From Camelus dromedarius (taxonomy: Eukaryota): DNA of 64,000 nt. A program made the position numbers and the translations under genes. The stretch is taken from the NCBI RefSeq assembly GCF_036321535.1, contig NC_087437.1:102240001-102304000 (forward strand), given 5' to 3'. The notes beneath the pieces are model-generated. The model did no database searches. It saw only the letters and a program-made list of their open reading frames with translations, and had not been told where the DNA came from. Below are positions 50,715 through 64,000 of the stretch, piece after piece. The first letter of the stretch is position 1. Every line of letters starts with the position of its first letter.

Positions 50715-53700
50715 GCATACATAAAAATCTATGAGCTTGAAAATTTGTCCTTTTATTTTTTTCTGGGCCTCTGTTTCTTATTTTACAAATCTCTTCCTGG
50801 ATCCTTTAGCCTAGCATTTTATATATTTCATTTATTATACTGATTTGTTTTCAGATTGTTTTTTTCCTCTTTTTGGTTTAAATGCCTTCTGCTCCTGAGA
50901 CAACTGCCCATCACCAAGAAGAATGGGAAATGACGATGTCCCCTGTGAAAATAATTGCATCCATTTAAGGAAGGGGAGATAATGGAGCCTGAGACATGTG
51001 GTTCCACTTTTAGCACCTCTCTCTTAAGATCTGGTGCGCTACTCTTCATATAATCTGGCCACATTACTTTTGTAGATGTGTGTGTTTTTAGTTTTGTATG
51101 TCTAGTTCATTTTTTTGCTTTATTTTCTTTTAGCAAGGAGGCTGCTATATACATCTTAATAATGAAATTATTTCTAACTCTAAATGTTTTTCACAAATAA
51201 GAATCAGGGAGATTTCTTAGTTCACTGATTGAAACATATTTAGGACTGTATATGACATTTCTTAGAACTTCCTAGAATTCCTAGAATTCTATTTGCCAAA
51301 AATAAATAAATAAAAGTAGATACACTGATTTTATAATATATCCACAACACTATTTACTCAACTAAGTTCTTTCTAAAACCTGTCACTTGTCCTTGGCTAC
51401 AGAAGTGCTCTTCATGATTATTTATGAATAGTATGTATAAAGTAAGATGCAGTGACAATGCTAAGGAACCTACTTTACAGTAGGTTAAACTCTACTGTGA
51501 ATATATATTTAAAAGTCCAATCCTGACAGGCGTATATTATGCAGGTCCAAATGTCAGGCGTGAGATAATTCATGCTGGTAATTATATTAAAAGGGCAGAA
51601 AATAGAACATTATTGTTACAGAAATTGTCAGGAGAAGCTTGATTTTTAATAGACTACACAGTCTGAGATGACTTAGAATATTTAAAGCCTTCACAGGCAA
51701 AGGAAGCAAAGTGGATGGTAAGAAGGAAGGTGGGTCTGATTGTAGAAGCTGCAAGAAATCATGTTGAGACGGGGCGCACTGTGAACATAATCCTTCAGAA
51801 GTGCTTGAAAATGTGTATTTGAGGGTATAGTAATGACTCAGGGAAAGAGTAAAAGAGAATGATAGCAGAAGAGGAAGATGTGTCCTTATCAGCCAAAGGA
51901 AAGCAGCTGGGGAATATTTTTACAAAGTAGAATACATACAGTATATGTGCCCACCCCACTAAACTGCAGATTTCACTGTCAGATATGGCTGTGTTTGTCT
52001 ATTAATTTTATGCAATGGATAGTTTTTTGGGGAAAAAAAACCTTCTCCATGCACAGCCCACTCTCACTGAGGGGATGTATAAAACCATGAAGCACAAACA
52101 GCATAGCTCAAGCTCTGATCTTTTCTGAAGATGATTTTTTTCTCTACCTATTAATCTTTCTTAGAAATATTCAACTGGAAAGAAAAAATGCTTTTTCTTC
52201 TATCACAAAAGATGTCAGTCTTTGAAATCCCATCTTTGTTCTTCACCATGTGGGCTTGTATAATGTACAAAGAATTCTCTCTGAAGTCCATAAACAAAAG
52301 AGTGTCTTGCCATACACAAGGTATCTGTTTAGCTAAGAGAGCTTTCTTCACCTCCTCTGTCCTGATTTAAAGTGTTTCAACCTGCCACAAAACTAAGATC
52401 TAATCACTGCAGTGAATGACTGAGGATTCCCACTGAGATTTTAGGAAAGGAACAAGCATCACACAATTTCATATTAAGACAGGCCCCAAAAGCACACTGG
52501 AAATTGTTTAAAGATTATTTATTTTTTTCTCTTTAAAAAAACTACCAAAACAGATTAAATTTTCAGTGAATGATATACACCATTGTCAGAGGTAATCTGT
52601 GTATGAGTTATTTGTTGACATAAATATGTTTAAATGATGTAGAACATGAATATTATTTTAAATATTTGAATTGCACTACATAAACTAGAAACACTGATCA
52701 AAAGTAGTTTCTACATTAAATGTATACTTTTTTTCTAATCATGGAAAGAAATTTTAACTTGTGAGAAAGATATACTTTTAAGGTAAAAATCTCACACATC
52801 CCCAATTTTTAAAACAATTTGTCCTCAGTAAACCTTACCCCTTTCTGTTTTTGTTTTTTGTTTTTTTTTTTTTTAACTTAATCTTGTGACCTTTGGGAGA
52901 GATCCTTCAACTATGAACACTTATTTCTTCTTTTATTGCCTGTAGTTCTTATTCAGAATTGCAAAAGTACTAGGAAAGTCTCCCTACTACCCCTCTCCCC
53001 TTTAAAAAAAGTTAAAGAAAAATAATCTTCCAGAAGTATATGGGATTTTCAGAAAATGTGAGCGAAAACAGTGTCCAACATAGACAGAACCCATTCTGCA
53101 GTCTTAACTCCATTTCAGATCTGAAACAGCAGCTGGAGAGGGAAATAAGTGAAGAAGGTACTGTTTTGATTCTGTGGCTTGAGTTCATTTCCCATCACCT
53201 TCTGCTATTTTTTGGGAGAAGCAGCATCCAGAGTGAATTATGCATTGGGAAGGGGTAAGGGAATTCAAGTTCCAGACTTGCATTAAAAGATGTATGACCT
53301 TTAATTTTTCCTCTCTAGAATATAGTTTTTCATATTTATAAAATAAAGCAGTTAAATCAGATGATATGGCTTTTTTTTTTTTTAAGTTCTATGACTCTGT
53401 CATTCAGCAAGAAATTTAGAGACCTATGATGAAAAGGGAAAAAGAGTACAGAGTGACAAAAAGCCCCACATTTGATCTGGACCCCAAATAATGTGCAGAT
53501 ACTTAATGTACATAGGGAATTTTCTTCAAGTATGTTATATAATAGTCACATAAAAGTAGCCATTACCTACTTAACAGTGGTGGTTGGTTTGTTTAGTTTT
53601 TAATCGCACCCATTTTGGTGATTACTACTGACATAAACACTATTTTAAAAAAATTCTTGATGTGACCTACTGTTGCAACCCTTACAAATTCTTGACTTTT

Positions 53701-54039
53701 CACAATGATTGCAGGAAAAAATATTTAAGCATCTTTTTTCAATAGAATTGGATAATTATATATTTCACTAGGGCAAAAATGAAAAAAGAGATTTGAGACA
53801 TTAAGCTATTTCAAAAGAGCCCTAATGAAAACATAAAGCTGTATGAAATGTGTATTCAAATATTTACTTTTAAATGATGTTTTACATTTACTTAATTTTT
53901 GGCAGGAAAATTCTTGTGTATTTAATAATATGTCACCATCATTTTTTTTGACAGTTTCTTTAAGTCAGTTCAATATATGATTTAAACAAGAAATAAATGT
54001 CAGTATGTTTTAAAATTTTAGCAATATGAAATCAGTGCA

Positions 54040-57000
54040 AGGAATTATGATTATGGAAGTGGTAATCTGGGAATGAAAGAGTGAGTAATGCAGTAAACTC
54101 TACCCCCAACAAAACAACCTGTTAACTGGAGAAAATTATAAGACACAAACAAACAAAACCCCTCCATCATTTAAAGTCTCTGGAAATTGTCTTAAGGGCA
54201 TAAAGCAAATGGAAAAACACGTGTTCATCAAAGTCTAAATCTCAGTAAGAATAGCTTGAGAATGTAGCATTTAAGCCATGACCTACTCTGTTTCCCACCT
54301 CACAGTTCCATATATGGAAACTCTACTCTTATGCTCTACCCTGGGTGGGTATAGACATTAAGATGGGGCTCCTTACTCCAGCTTCATTTGAAGGCTTGAG
54401 TTTCACCTCAGAAGAGATAGGTAGCTGCCATTTGTCATCACACTAGTCCTATTTTGTAGAAGCTCTATTCAAAAACAGAACGGAGAAGATGGAAGCTCCC
54501 TACCCCTACTCAGGCCCTAACTGTAGCATGCGAGATCCATTCTAGATATGATGGGTCAAAAACATTGCATACAATTGTCTCAGCTCCAGCTTGCTCAGAG
54601 GGCAGAGTTTACATGCAGGGAAAGGCAAACCAAGACAACTAGGAGTTACCAACTGTCACCAGTGCCAGTTCATTGAGCTGGGGTGTCACTCTAAGTGTAG
54701 TGGGCCATTGGCTCACCACCAGCTCCTCGGTAGACCTGCAAAGATACTGAGTAGGAGAGAGGCAAGCCATAATTATTTAGAGTTCTACAACTGTGCCTAA
54801 AGGGACTGACTTTATTGGTAACAAAGCTCAAAGAACTCCATTCAATTCGCTGTCAAAACCCACAAAGACCTTAGAGGGAAGCAATTAAGAACGCACTGAA
54901 AGCACCGTGATACTAATAGCAACAAGTAACGTGAAGAAGCACCAGAAATTTAACAGAACCCAGGGAGGAGACAGTGTTGAAGAGCCTTCACTGGTGTAAC
55001 AGGCAACACGGGGATCAGGAGTGTTGTGTGCAATGCTAGGCTGCACCAGATCAGAAGCAATCAGAGCTGGATATGCGGTAGATTTGAAAACATTCTCCAT
55101 GTTACACTAAGATCCATCTAAAAAGGGAAGAAGCCTCACTGGCACAAGAGACTTAAGCACAATTCTGACAAAACACTGGCTGAACAAGAAGTTCCTCTGA
55201 CTCAGTGGCACATCTTAGACAGCCAGGATTAGAAACAAAATTGCACCCATTCCTGGAAGAGTAAAAGACTATGTGCATGCCTTACTTAGGCTGTGACCTC
55301 TTAGGAATGATCAGAGAGGAAAAATCTAAATGATTAGTTGCAAGATGAACATGGGACAAGATCATATGTCCTTAAACTGTGATAACACCCTCTATGCCAG
55401 ACACATATCTAATAATAAAATGTGTTAAGGATAAAAGTCTAACTGGCTAAGGATATTTAAGCACAATCTTTGACCAGCAAGTGGCTTACATGACCCAGGT
55501 GTGACCACTAGGTACCTAAAAGACCACAACACTAAAAGATAAAGACAAGAAAAAAAAAAATCTGACTAAAGTCATTAGATGCTACATATTATGAGAAGAA
55601 TAGACTCTACAGAGGTAGTTTAGCCAAGTTACTAAACACATGACCAAGGAAGCAACAACAGCACTATAACAAACACCCCCTGGGGGGGGGTCAGTAAAAA
55701 ATTAATACATACAAAGAGAGGAAAGTATGGCTCACAAATAGAAAGAAAAAAAGAAAAAAGATAATAGAAACTGTTTTTGATGAAGCCTAGATGTTGGACT
55801 TGTCAGACAAAGGTTTCAAAGTGACCACTATAAAATATGTTCAAAGACCTGAAGGTAGATACATCTGAAGAATGTCTCATCAAATAAGGAGTATCAGTAA
55901 AGAGAGAGACATTATAAATAGGAACCAAATTGAAACTCTGGAGTTGAAAATTACAGTTAATAAAATAAAACATTTACTTGAGGGTCTCAACAGTAAATTT
56001 GAGCTGGCAGGAAAAAAGAATCAGCAACATTAAAGATAGATTAATAAAGGTCTTGCAATATGATGAACAGGAAAAAATAGAGAATGAAAATAAACAGTGC
56101 CTGGGAGAAATGTGAAAAAGTACAGCAATATGTGCATAGTGGGGATATCGGTTTGGTAAGAGAGAAGGCGATATGAAAAATATTCAAGGACATAATGGCC
56201 AAAAATTTTCCCAAATCTGATGAAAAATATCTATCTACAAATCCAGAAATCTCAACACATTATATGTGTTCATATAAAAAGGTCCACACTCAGACATATC
56301 ATAGTCAAATTGTTGAAAATCAGTGACAAAGAAAAAATCTTGAAAGCAGGAATAGAAAATGATTCATCACAACAAGGAGACCCCAGTATGATTAACAGCT
56401 GACTTCTCATAGGAAACAATGAACTGCACAAGGTAGCAGAATGACATATTCAAAGTGATACAGGAAAAAAAAAAAGTCTGCCAAAAATATTTTAGTCAGG
56501 AAAATATCTTTCAATAAAAGGTGAAATAATAATATTCCTACATAAACAGCAGCTTAAAATATTTGTTACTATCAGATCTTCTCTATCACAAATACTAGGG
56601 AAGTTCTTCAGCTTGACATGAGAGTAAACCAAATTCATATTTTTAAAAAAGAAAAAAGCTCCAGTAAAGGAAATTTTGTAGGTGATTTAAAAAATACATT
56701 ATAGTTATGCACTCCTCCATTTTTCTCTTGATATATTTAAAAAACAATTGCACAAGAAAGATATATAATTGTATTCTTGAGCTTATACAATTTAGAAATA
56801 TAACATATTTGACAATGAGAGCACAACAGAGGCAGCTGAAAACAAAGTTATATAGATAAGAAAATGATACCAGATGAGAAAAATCTACATAAAGAAATGA
56901 AAAAATAGATATGGTAAATAAGAATATTAGTATAATAAATGGTTTAAATATATACTAATTCTCTTACCTTCTTTAAACATATATGATTATATAAGTTAAA

Positions 57001-58550
57001 AATAAACAACACATTCCACAGTAAATAATGAGTCAAATAATACATTTGGAAAATTGAAAGTACTGCAGTGTAAATAACACAAACCCATGACATAACAAGC
57101 TGGTGGGTTACAGATGATAAATGTTAAGAAGGAAACTTACAGCTGCCAACAACTGTTTAAACAAACAAAAAAGATACCAAGTAAATATCCAAATCTTTCA
57201 CTTTAGTTAGGAAATCAGAGAAAGAAGAAACCAAACTAAACTCAAAACAAGCAGAAGGAAAGAATTAATAAACATTATTGTGGAAATAAATGGAATAAAA
57301 TATAGAAAAATGACAGTTACAATGAAATCAAAAGTTTTTTTTTAAAAGAGCAAAAAATTTCTTTAAAAGCATATATAATGATCAAGAAAAAAAAGACTCA
57401 AATTACTAAAATCAGTAATGAAAGAGTTCACATAACTATAGACCTTACAGAAATAAAAGAATGTAAGAGATACTATGAACTACTATGGGTCAAGAAATAA
57501 GATAACTTAAGATATGAATAAAATCCTAGACTAGTTGTTAAACTTATTCAAAAAGAATTTTAAAATACTAGTAACTTTATAACAAGTGATTAATAATTTT
57601 TAAATTTCCTACTAAGAAAAGCTAAGGCCCACGTAGCTTTCCTATTGATTTCCACCAAATATTTACAGAATAACTAATATTAATATTCACAAAATCTTCT
57701 AAACGTTAGAAGATGAAACACTTCTAACTTATTATTTGAGGCCAATATTATCCTGAAACCAAAACTAGACAAAAATATCAGAAGACATATCCCTTATGAG
57801 ATAAAAATCTTTAACAAAATATAAAAAATATTATACAACTTGAACAAGTGAGATTTATCCTTAGAGTATAAAGTTGGTTTAACATCCAAAAAACCATGTT
57901 ATATGATATTTATGGAATAAAGGACACACATAATCATCTCAATGCAAGCAGAAAAAGCAATTTACAAAACCCAACGGTTTTTCATAGTATAAACACTGAA
58001 CATATTAGGAATAATAAGGAACTTGTATAGTTAAGGTCATCTATAAGATACCACAGTTAAATTATTCTTATTGGTAAAAACTGAATGGTTTCCTCTAAGA
58101 TCAGGAACAAGACAAAGATAACCACTCTTGCCACTTATACTGAACATTGGACTAGAGTTTCTAGGCAGTGAAATTAGGCAATAAAAAGAAATAAGAGGCA
58201 TATGAATTGGAAAGAAATCCAAAATCATATTTGTGACTATAAATAACATGACCTTCTATATTCAGATTTCTAAGGCATCTGTTATAATCCATGATTAGAA
58301 CTAATAAATGAGTTTAACAAGTTTGCAGGATACAAGATCAAATTACAAAATTCAATTGTACTTCTACACATTAACAATGAAGAGTCTGGAAATGAAATTT
58401 TAAAATAAATTTTTAAATAAATTAAAGCATATTAAATTATCAGAAAGAAACCTAATATTCATGAATTAGACTACTTAATAAGTCTTAAAATGGCAGTACT
58501 TTCCAAAATAGTCTACAGATTCAATACAATGCCAGTCAAAACCCAGATTA
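54040..58550 (+). mobile_element. Old L1: 5' UTR, ORF1 and partial ORF2, decayed, endonuclease region apparently deleted
   Basis: ORF 56220-56402 reads STLRHIIVKLLKISDKEKILKA (ORF1p C-terminus); ORF2 text ctaagatcaggaacaagacaaag, gcaggatacaagatc. Confidence 0.88.
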
Positions 58551-58715
58551 CCTGGAGATTGTCATACTAAGTGAAGCAAGCCAGAAAGAGAAAAATACCA
58601 TATGATATCACTTATATGTGGAATCCAAAAAAAATGACACAAATGAGCTTATGTACGAAGTAGAAACAGACTCACAGATGTAGGATATAAACTTATGGTT
58701 ACCAGGGGGGAAAAC
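58551..58715 (+). mobile_element. Internal fragment of a young L1 3' UTR
   Basis: ctggagattgtcatactaagtgaagcaagccagaaagagaaaaataccatatgatatcac matches the reverse complement of about 6890-6955. Confidence 0.85.
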
Positions 58716-59559
58716 CTAACAATCCAGAGACACAGAAGGGTTATACATCCGTGGTTTCAGTTATGGGCAGGCTCATGAGACTTTTGAGGGTTCTGTTGTC
58801 TACCAGGAAATGACCACGTGAAGTAAAGAACTAGATGAGCGTTGTCAAAGAACACACTGGGACGTGGACCATGGAGGGAGAGCTGCAGGATAGTAAAGAA
58901 GAAAGAACAGAGTCAATCTAGATGAGATCCTGTTGACCATTTGTTACTTAACTGTAGTTATTATCACAGTTGTTAATTTAACTTCTCCAGAAGAAGTGGG
59001 AAATATTAGCTACACCATATTTTGCTCTGAGTGCTAAATGAAGTTACCTAGGTACATCAGGCACTACAATATCTGGTACTTAATAGTTCTGCAGGTTATG
59101 ACTGTTTTGTGGGGGAAAAAAAACAACTTGATGTTTAAGAATAGAAGTACAACTACAAGAGATTGAGATCCAGCCATAGAATTACAGAGGAGACTTAGAG
59201 ACTACTTCCTGAGGTTAGATAAAGAGAATTTGGTGTAGTAAGTTTCAAGCTACTAATAGCAAGACTGTCTATATTGGGATTGATCTGAGACAAGGACTTC
59301 TTCCATGTGTCATGGAAAGGTGAGGGCTTGGATTTTCCTGAAGCTGGAGCTGAGCCCACAGGAAAGGGTACTTTTCACCCCATACCTACCAATAGCTGGG
59401 CTGCACAGCAATTGAAAGCCATGTAGTTTCTGATCATCACTGATGGACAGGCTGTGGTTTCCTAAATCAAAGATATTAAGAATGAATCTGTTACCTGAAG
59501 TTTGTGACTTGGATGACACCAGATTTGTTTCTTTCTGCTTTATTTATCTCAATATTCAG

Positions 59560-59730
59560 ATAAGTCCAGGAATTTGGAGATAGTTCTGAGAAGAGCAGAA
59601 ATGATTAATGAAATCAATTCACCAAGTTATAAAAAAAAAATTGCAGGAACTGAAGTGTATTGTTTAGTTAAGCATCGGTTGTCTAAAGATATGATAATAG
59701 TCTCAAGTACTTGAAAGGTGAAAATAATAT
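59560..59730 (+). mobile_element. L3/CR1-like fragment
   Basis: ggaactgaagtgtattgtttag...gatatgataatagtctcaagtacttgaaagg resembles the CR1 RT C-terminal region. Confidence 0.45.
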
Positions 59731-59984
59731 GCTGTCCTTCATATGCTAATTTGGAACTACCAGCCCATTACCAGTGAGCTGGTATTTAAAGTTCTTTTTC
59801 TCGGTGGTGAGAATAGCTTTTAACAATTTTTAATACTTTTCTTTATTCAGTCCCTCTTATGACCAGCAGGACTCATGTAATGGACCAGGATTAATGATGT
59901 ACTTGTAAATGGAAAAAGAAAAGCTATAAACTGTCCAAATTTAACAGAGACTGAATCCTTGATTTTATACTATTGAAGTTTTTT

Positions 59985-61320
59985 TTTTTTCCCCTCCATA
60001 CCAACCACTCTCAGATTCTCTGATACACCAACAGAGTCTCCAATAGTTCAATTCAATTCTGACACTATCTACTTTGACTTAGCATCAGATTCCACAGCCT
60101 CTTTAGGCTCAAGTTCAACACTTCAGACACCAGAAACAAGCCCTGGGCCATCCTTACTTCTGACCTGCAGGAGGTACCCCCCAAACCCCTCCTTAGATGT
60201 GATAATTTGCTAGAAAGGCTCACAGAACCCAGGAAAACACTTGACTTGCATTTGCTGATTTATTTTAAAGGATGCTGTTAGATCTGGCAGTAGCTAGATA
60301 TGAGCAGAGAAGAGGAGGCATGGGCCAAATGTCAGGAAACCATACATCTTGCAAACAACCGGGGGTCCTTGGCAGACAAAGAAAAGTAGGAACATCTGGA
60401 CTGGTAAGAAACCACATATTTTGGTTTGGCAGGTGTCCTAGAGGCAGATAAAGAAAGGTGGGATAAGCCTGGAATCTCTAATATCCGAATGTAACCTTTT
60501 GCTCATTGTGCCCTCATTACATAAAATTAGCCTTGCAGATTAGAAGTACCCATCACACACTGATGCCATGACACTTCTGATCAAGACTAAATAAGGACAA
60601 AAAACCCTCCTTCCCTCCAGAAGGTGGAGCTGGGATGAAAGTCAGGACACAACCTGAAACTCCTCTCTCTTCAATGAATATTCTGCCCATTTACATTTTT
60701 ACACCGCATGTATGGAGCTTGACAAAGAAGCTCACCGCAGCTACTCACCTGAGTCTCTCCACTCTCCCCTTGAGAGAGTACTATCACAATAAATCCTCAC
60801 TTTGCTTTCTTGACTTCTGTGTCTCTTCTCTGAATTCTTTCTGTGATGGGACAAGAACCTGCTCTCCAGTAACAATACAACTCAAGAATAGCCAAATTGG
60901 AAGAGATGCAGAAGTTTAGCTATAGGGGGATTGATGGACTGATCTGCCATGTCCTCTCCAGGTATGCCACCATCCCTGCACATCCGTGTGTTCACTAATC
61001 CACAAGCTCTCCAAACCTTGTTGTTTAAGGATTTGTATGAAGATTTCATTGGCCATTGGTGGTTAAATCCATCTCCAATCCCTCTCCCCTCCTCATAGGT
61101 TGAGGAGTAGGGCTGAAATTTCCAGGCTTCTAATCAAGGCGTGGTCTTTCTCGTGACCAGCTCCCATCCTAAAGCTAGAGCCATCCAGGAGCCCAAGAGT
61201 CCCCCCATTAGAATAAAAGGCCCTCCCATCACCCTTATCACTCAAAAAAATTCCAAGAGTTTTAGGAGTTCTGTGCTGGGAACTGGGTCAAAGACCAGAT
61301 ACCTTTCTGTGATACTATAG
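59985..61320 (-). mobile_element. MER21 LTR (3' LTR of an ERVL-like element), interrupted by a younger LTR
   Basis: caattcaattctgacactatctac; ggctcacagaacccaggaaaacac; ccaagagttttaggagttctgtgctgggaactggg...aaagacc. Confidence 0.88.
60276..60874 (+). mobile_element. ERV1-type solo LTR nested in MER21
   Basis: tgtta...taaca ends; AATAAA at 60788-60793; near-TSD atgc/atac; MER21 text ggatac|aactcaag resumes after it. Confidence 0.88.
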
Positions 61321-63884
61321 GCCACTCCCTGTCTTTGACTTTGGATCCCTTATAGCAGAAAAGATCCTAACAGTTAAAAGATGCTGGTACTTAACTAGAG
61401 TCCCATTCAGTCATTCACAATTAGTCCATTCCACCATCCTGTCACATGAAAATGTCTCCCAGGGTGAGGCATTCAAGTTTATGGGTTTTCATTTGACCTT
61501 AGGTTTCAAAAACAGGAGTAGTCGCAGCAGTATATGGCTTCACCCTTTCAGGCTTCTGATCTAATTGAGCTAAGAGTGTCATCTCTTGCTTTGAGCCTTT
61601 TTCCAAGTGTTAATGTAATACTGGATTTCTCTTATTTCATAGCCCATTTACTCATTTCTTTATCCTTGGCTACTATTCCTTCTTTTCTCCATTTATGCCC
61701 AAGTGTTTCCATCTTTGGAAGGACTTTGGGGTTGGCCACTGTGATGGTCTAGATTGTAGGCAGCAATATTAGTCTAACCCCTACTCACACAGGGTAAGGT
61801 TACAGAGGTAGAGAACGGGTGGGCTGTTGTTACCACTAGGCAATGTAATTGCATTTGTTGTTAACCCCAATTTTGCCATATAGGCTGAGCGCATAACCTG
61901 TTCTGTCAGGTCCTTAAAATTCTAATATAAATGTATAAAAACATAGTTACATTTTCTTGCTTAGGAATTATCCCTGCTTCCAACACTTGTATTTTTAGCC
62001 CTCGTCCTGACACCACTGTATCTGCTAGGAAAAAGAAAGTTGAGTTGATATGGGGAAGAAAAAGATTATAATCATCACACCAGCAGCCTCCTTGCTTGGG
62101 AAGAATTACATGGTCATGCCAGCATCCTCTGCCATCCCCTCTTTCCTGAGTCCAGCAGAAACCGTGATCTCTCTAGTGGGGACACTTCTTTAAGCTCCCT
62201 CATGCTTTGTGTGAGCCCATACTCAGGAAGGCATGTGAGCAAGCCCTTCATGCCTATGTCTAGTGTTGTTTTAGGTAGTGTGTCAGTTGCCTTTTCCAAT
62301 TCTTTATCACACTGTTACTCTGAGGAAGAAAACTCTCTGCCTGTTGCTGACACTATGGGCTGTAAAGTTTGTTTTTTGGTCTGAAGAAATGTGACTCAGC
62401 CATTCAGTGTGGTAGAGTTCTTTCCAGTTCTTTTATAGTACTCTGGGCATTTGCATCCAACACCAGGTCAGCAGAGCCCAGTACAAAGTCAGCGTCACTT
62501 TCTACGAGGGCCTATTTGTAGTCCACTGGGGTTACTGGCGTCAGTCTGATCTGACTTGCCAGCTGTGTTCAGAGCCTTCCCCCAGGGAATGTGTCACTCA
62601 ACCGTCTGCAGTCTCTGTCTCTTTTACTAGCAGACAGAATAGTTCTTATTGTCATTTTGTGCCTCAGAGGGTGCAAGGGGAATATGTTTAGATCCTCAGA
62701 GGCTACAAGAGGAGTATGTCTAGTTGTGTTACTGTGAGGATGATAAAAAGACCTTGGTTCTTTGTCTTACTGGAGAAAAAGAATTTAAACAGGAGACTGA
62801 AAGTGTGATATAAACAGAAAATCTTATTAATAGAGCAAAAGTTAGTAAAGTAAGAGTACACCTTCAAAAATTGAAGGTGGGTCAGCCCAAGAGAGGAAGA
62901 TGGCAGCTCCCCTTTGTTTCTCTTGCCTTATATCCTGGCTTAGGGGCGTTCTCGTGATTGATTGATGGCTCATGGCCCTTGAGTGTTCAGGCACGCCCAT
63001 CTCTTATGTGCATGCTCTTACCCATGATGCACACAGAAAAACCTGTGGGAGGGGGCCCAAACCACAATGTTAATTACATTATAATGAGCATTGGATCATG
63101 TTAAGCTGGGTCTTTCTCTCTACTGCACAGCCACAGCGTTTGATTCTAACCGACTTCTTTGTCAGCACTCATTTAGAAAAAGTAAAATTCTCTGAAGCCC
63201 CTTATCCTGAGTGCAGGTGTACTGTTATCTTCTGAGTTGCTCCCTCCCCCATTCCTCTCCCCTTGCCTGGTGCTTGTTTCTATCTAACTTTCTAATGGTT
63301 TCAGCCCGTTGCTATAGCCTCCCTGCTGCAATATCCACTTATTTCACGGACCCAGGTGGTTACACAGTTGAGTACATCAGGATATCTACTTCACAATTTC
63401 AGTCACCTTCCATATCTGGAAAGGGGTTCTTGTGATAGGCATCAACACGTTTTGTTTTAATGTACACTTCAGATTCCCATATGATTTCCACAGGGCTGTG
63501 TCCCATATGGGAATCCCTTTAATAGATCAGCTTTCCATTGCCCTTCTGTCTGACCGTTTGGCCAAGCTATTGGCCAACACCAATGAGTTAGTAAAAACTA
63601 AAACATTCTGGCAAGCAGCAAGCAATTCAGCCCACAGAACTGATTTGTTTTTACCTTTTTCCATTTAAAGTAGTGGTCTTCCAAACAGTATGCTTTCTGT
63701 TCACCTTTGAACTATCATCCATAAGCCAGGCACCTGTTTGTTGGTTAGTTAATTGCTTTTTATAGGACAGTGTCCAAGTGATAGTGAAGTCCAGCAGCTC
63801 TTCACACAGTTACAAGTTCACTCCTTGGGAAGGAGCTCCCTACTCATGGGTGTCTTCTTAGATTCCTGTAGTGCAGAAGTCTTA
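61321..63884 (-). pseudogene. ERVL-type internal region (MER21-int-like) with decayed pol: RNase H and integrase
   Basis: Minus-strand translation gives GAWLMDDSSK (about 63705-63734, cf. WFTDGSS), SVLWAELLAA, VFTNSLVLANSLA, IKGIPIWDTALW, and integrase-like ANAQSTIKELE near 62420-62455; frames carry stops and frameshifts. Confidence 0.8.
62727..63297 (-). mobile_element. ERV1-type solo LTR, copy 2, nested in the ERVL pol remnant
   Basis: Aligns with 4201-4768; near-TSD gttg/gttt. Confidence 0.85.
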
Positions 63885-63886
63885 TA

Positions 63887-64000
63887 TAGTGATTCCTCAG
63901 TATCCATGGAGGATTGGTTCTCAGACCCCCACAGATATCAAAATCTGAGGATGCTTAAATCTCATATAAAATGTCATAGTATTTGCCTATAACTTTTACA
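63887..64000 (+). mobile_element. MER2 (TcMar-Tigger) DNA transposon, runs off the window
   Basis: TA then tagtgattcctcagtatccatggaggattggttctcagaccccc...aaaatctgaggatgct matches the MER2 start. Confidence 0.85.

Noticed and set aside
50260..50724. Longest ORF (154 aa)
   Set aside because: Coincides with a MER34-like LTR; no recognisable domain.
4201..63297. Two similar LTRs as the ends of one provirus
   Set aside because: 58 kb apart, no shared TSD, and copy 2 has its own near-TSD inside another element.

Overview
AT-rich, CpG-depleted mammalian DNA with no protein-coding gene I can confidently recognise (intergenic or deep intronic). A tRNA-derived vic-1-like SINE and the young L1 3' ends suggest a camelid. 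A large part of the window is interspersed repeats: old and young L1, L2, MIR, L3, MLT1, MER21 with an ERVL-type pol remnant, several ERV1-type solo LTRs with 4-bp TSDs, and hAT/Tigger DNA transposons, often nested. The listed ORFs are mostly chance ORFs or decayed retroelement frames. The most notable non-repeat signals are a perfect 39-bp inverted repeat (31465-31559), an exact 30-bp dispersed direct repeat (26837/28976), a compact PBX-HOX/TCF/MEIS motif cluster (about 24.5-24.7 kb) in a repeat-poor block, and a few weak exon candidates. I see no convincing novel multi-gene system. Repeat family names come from recalled consensus sequences, not from a search, and boundaries without a stated TSD are approximate.
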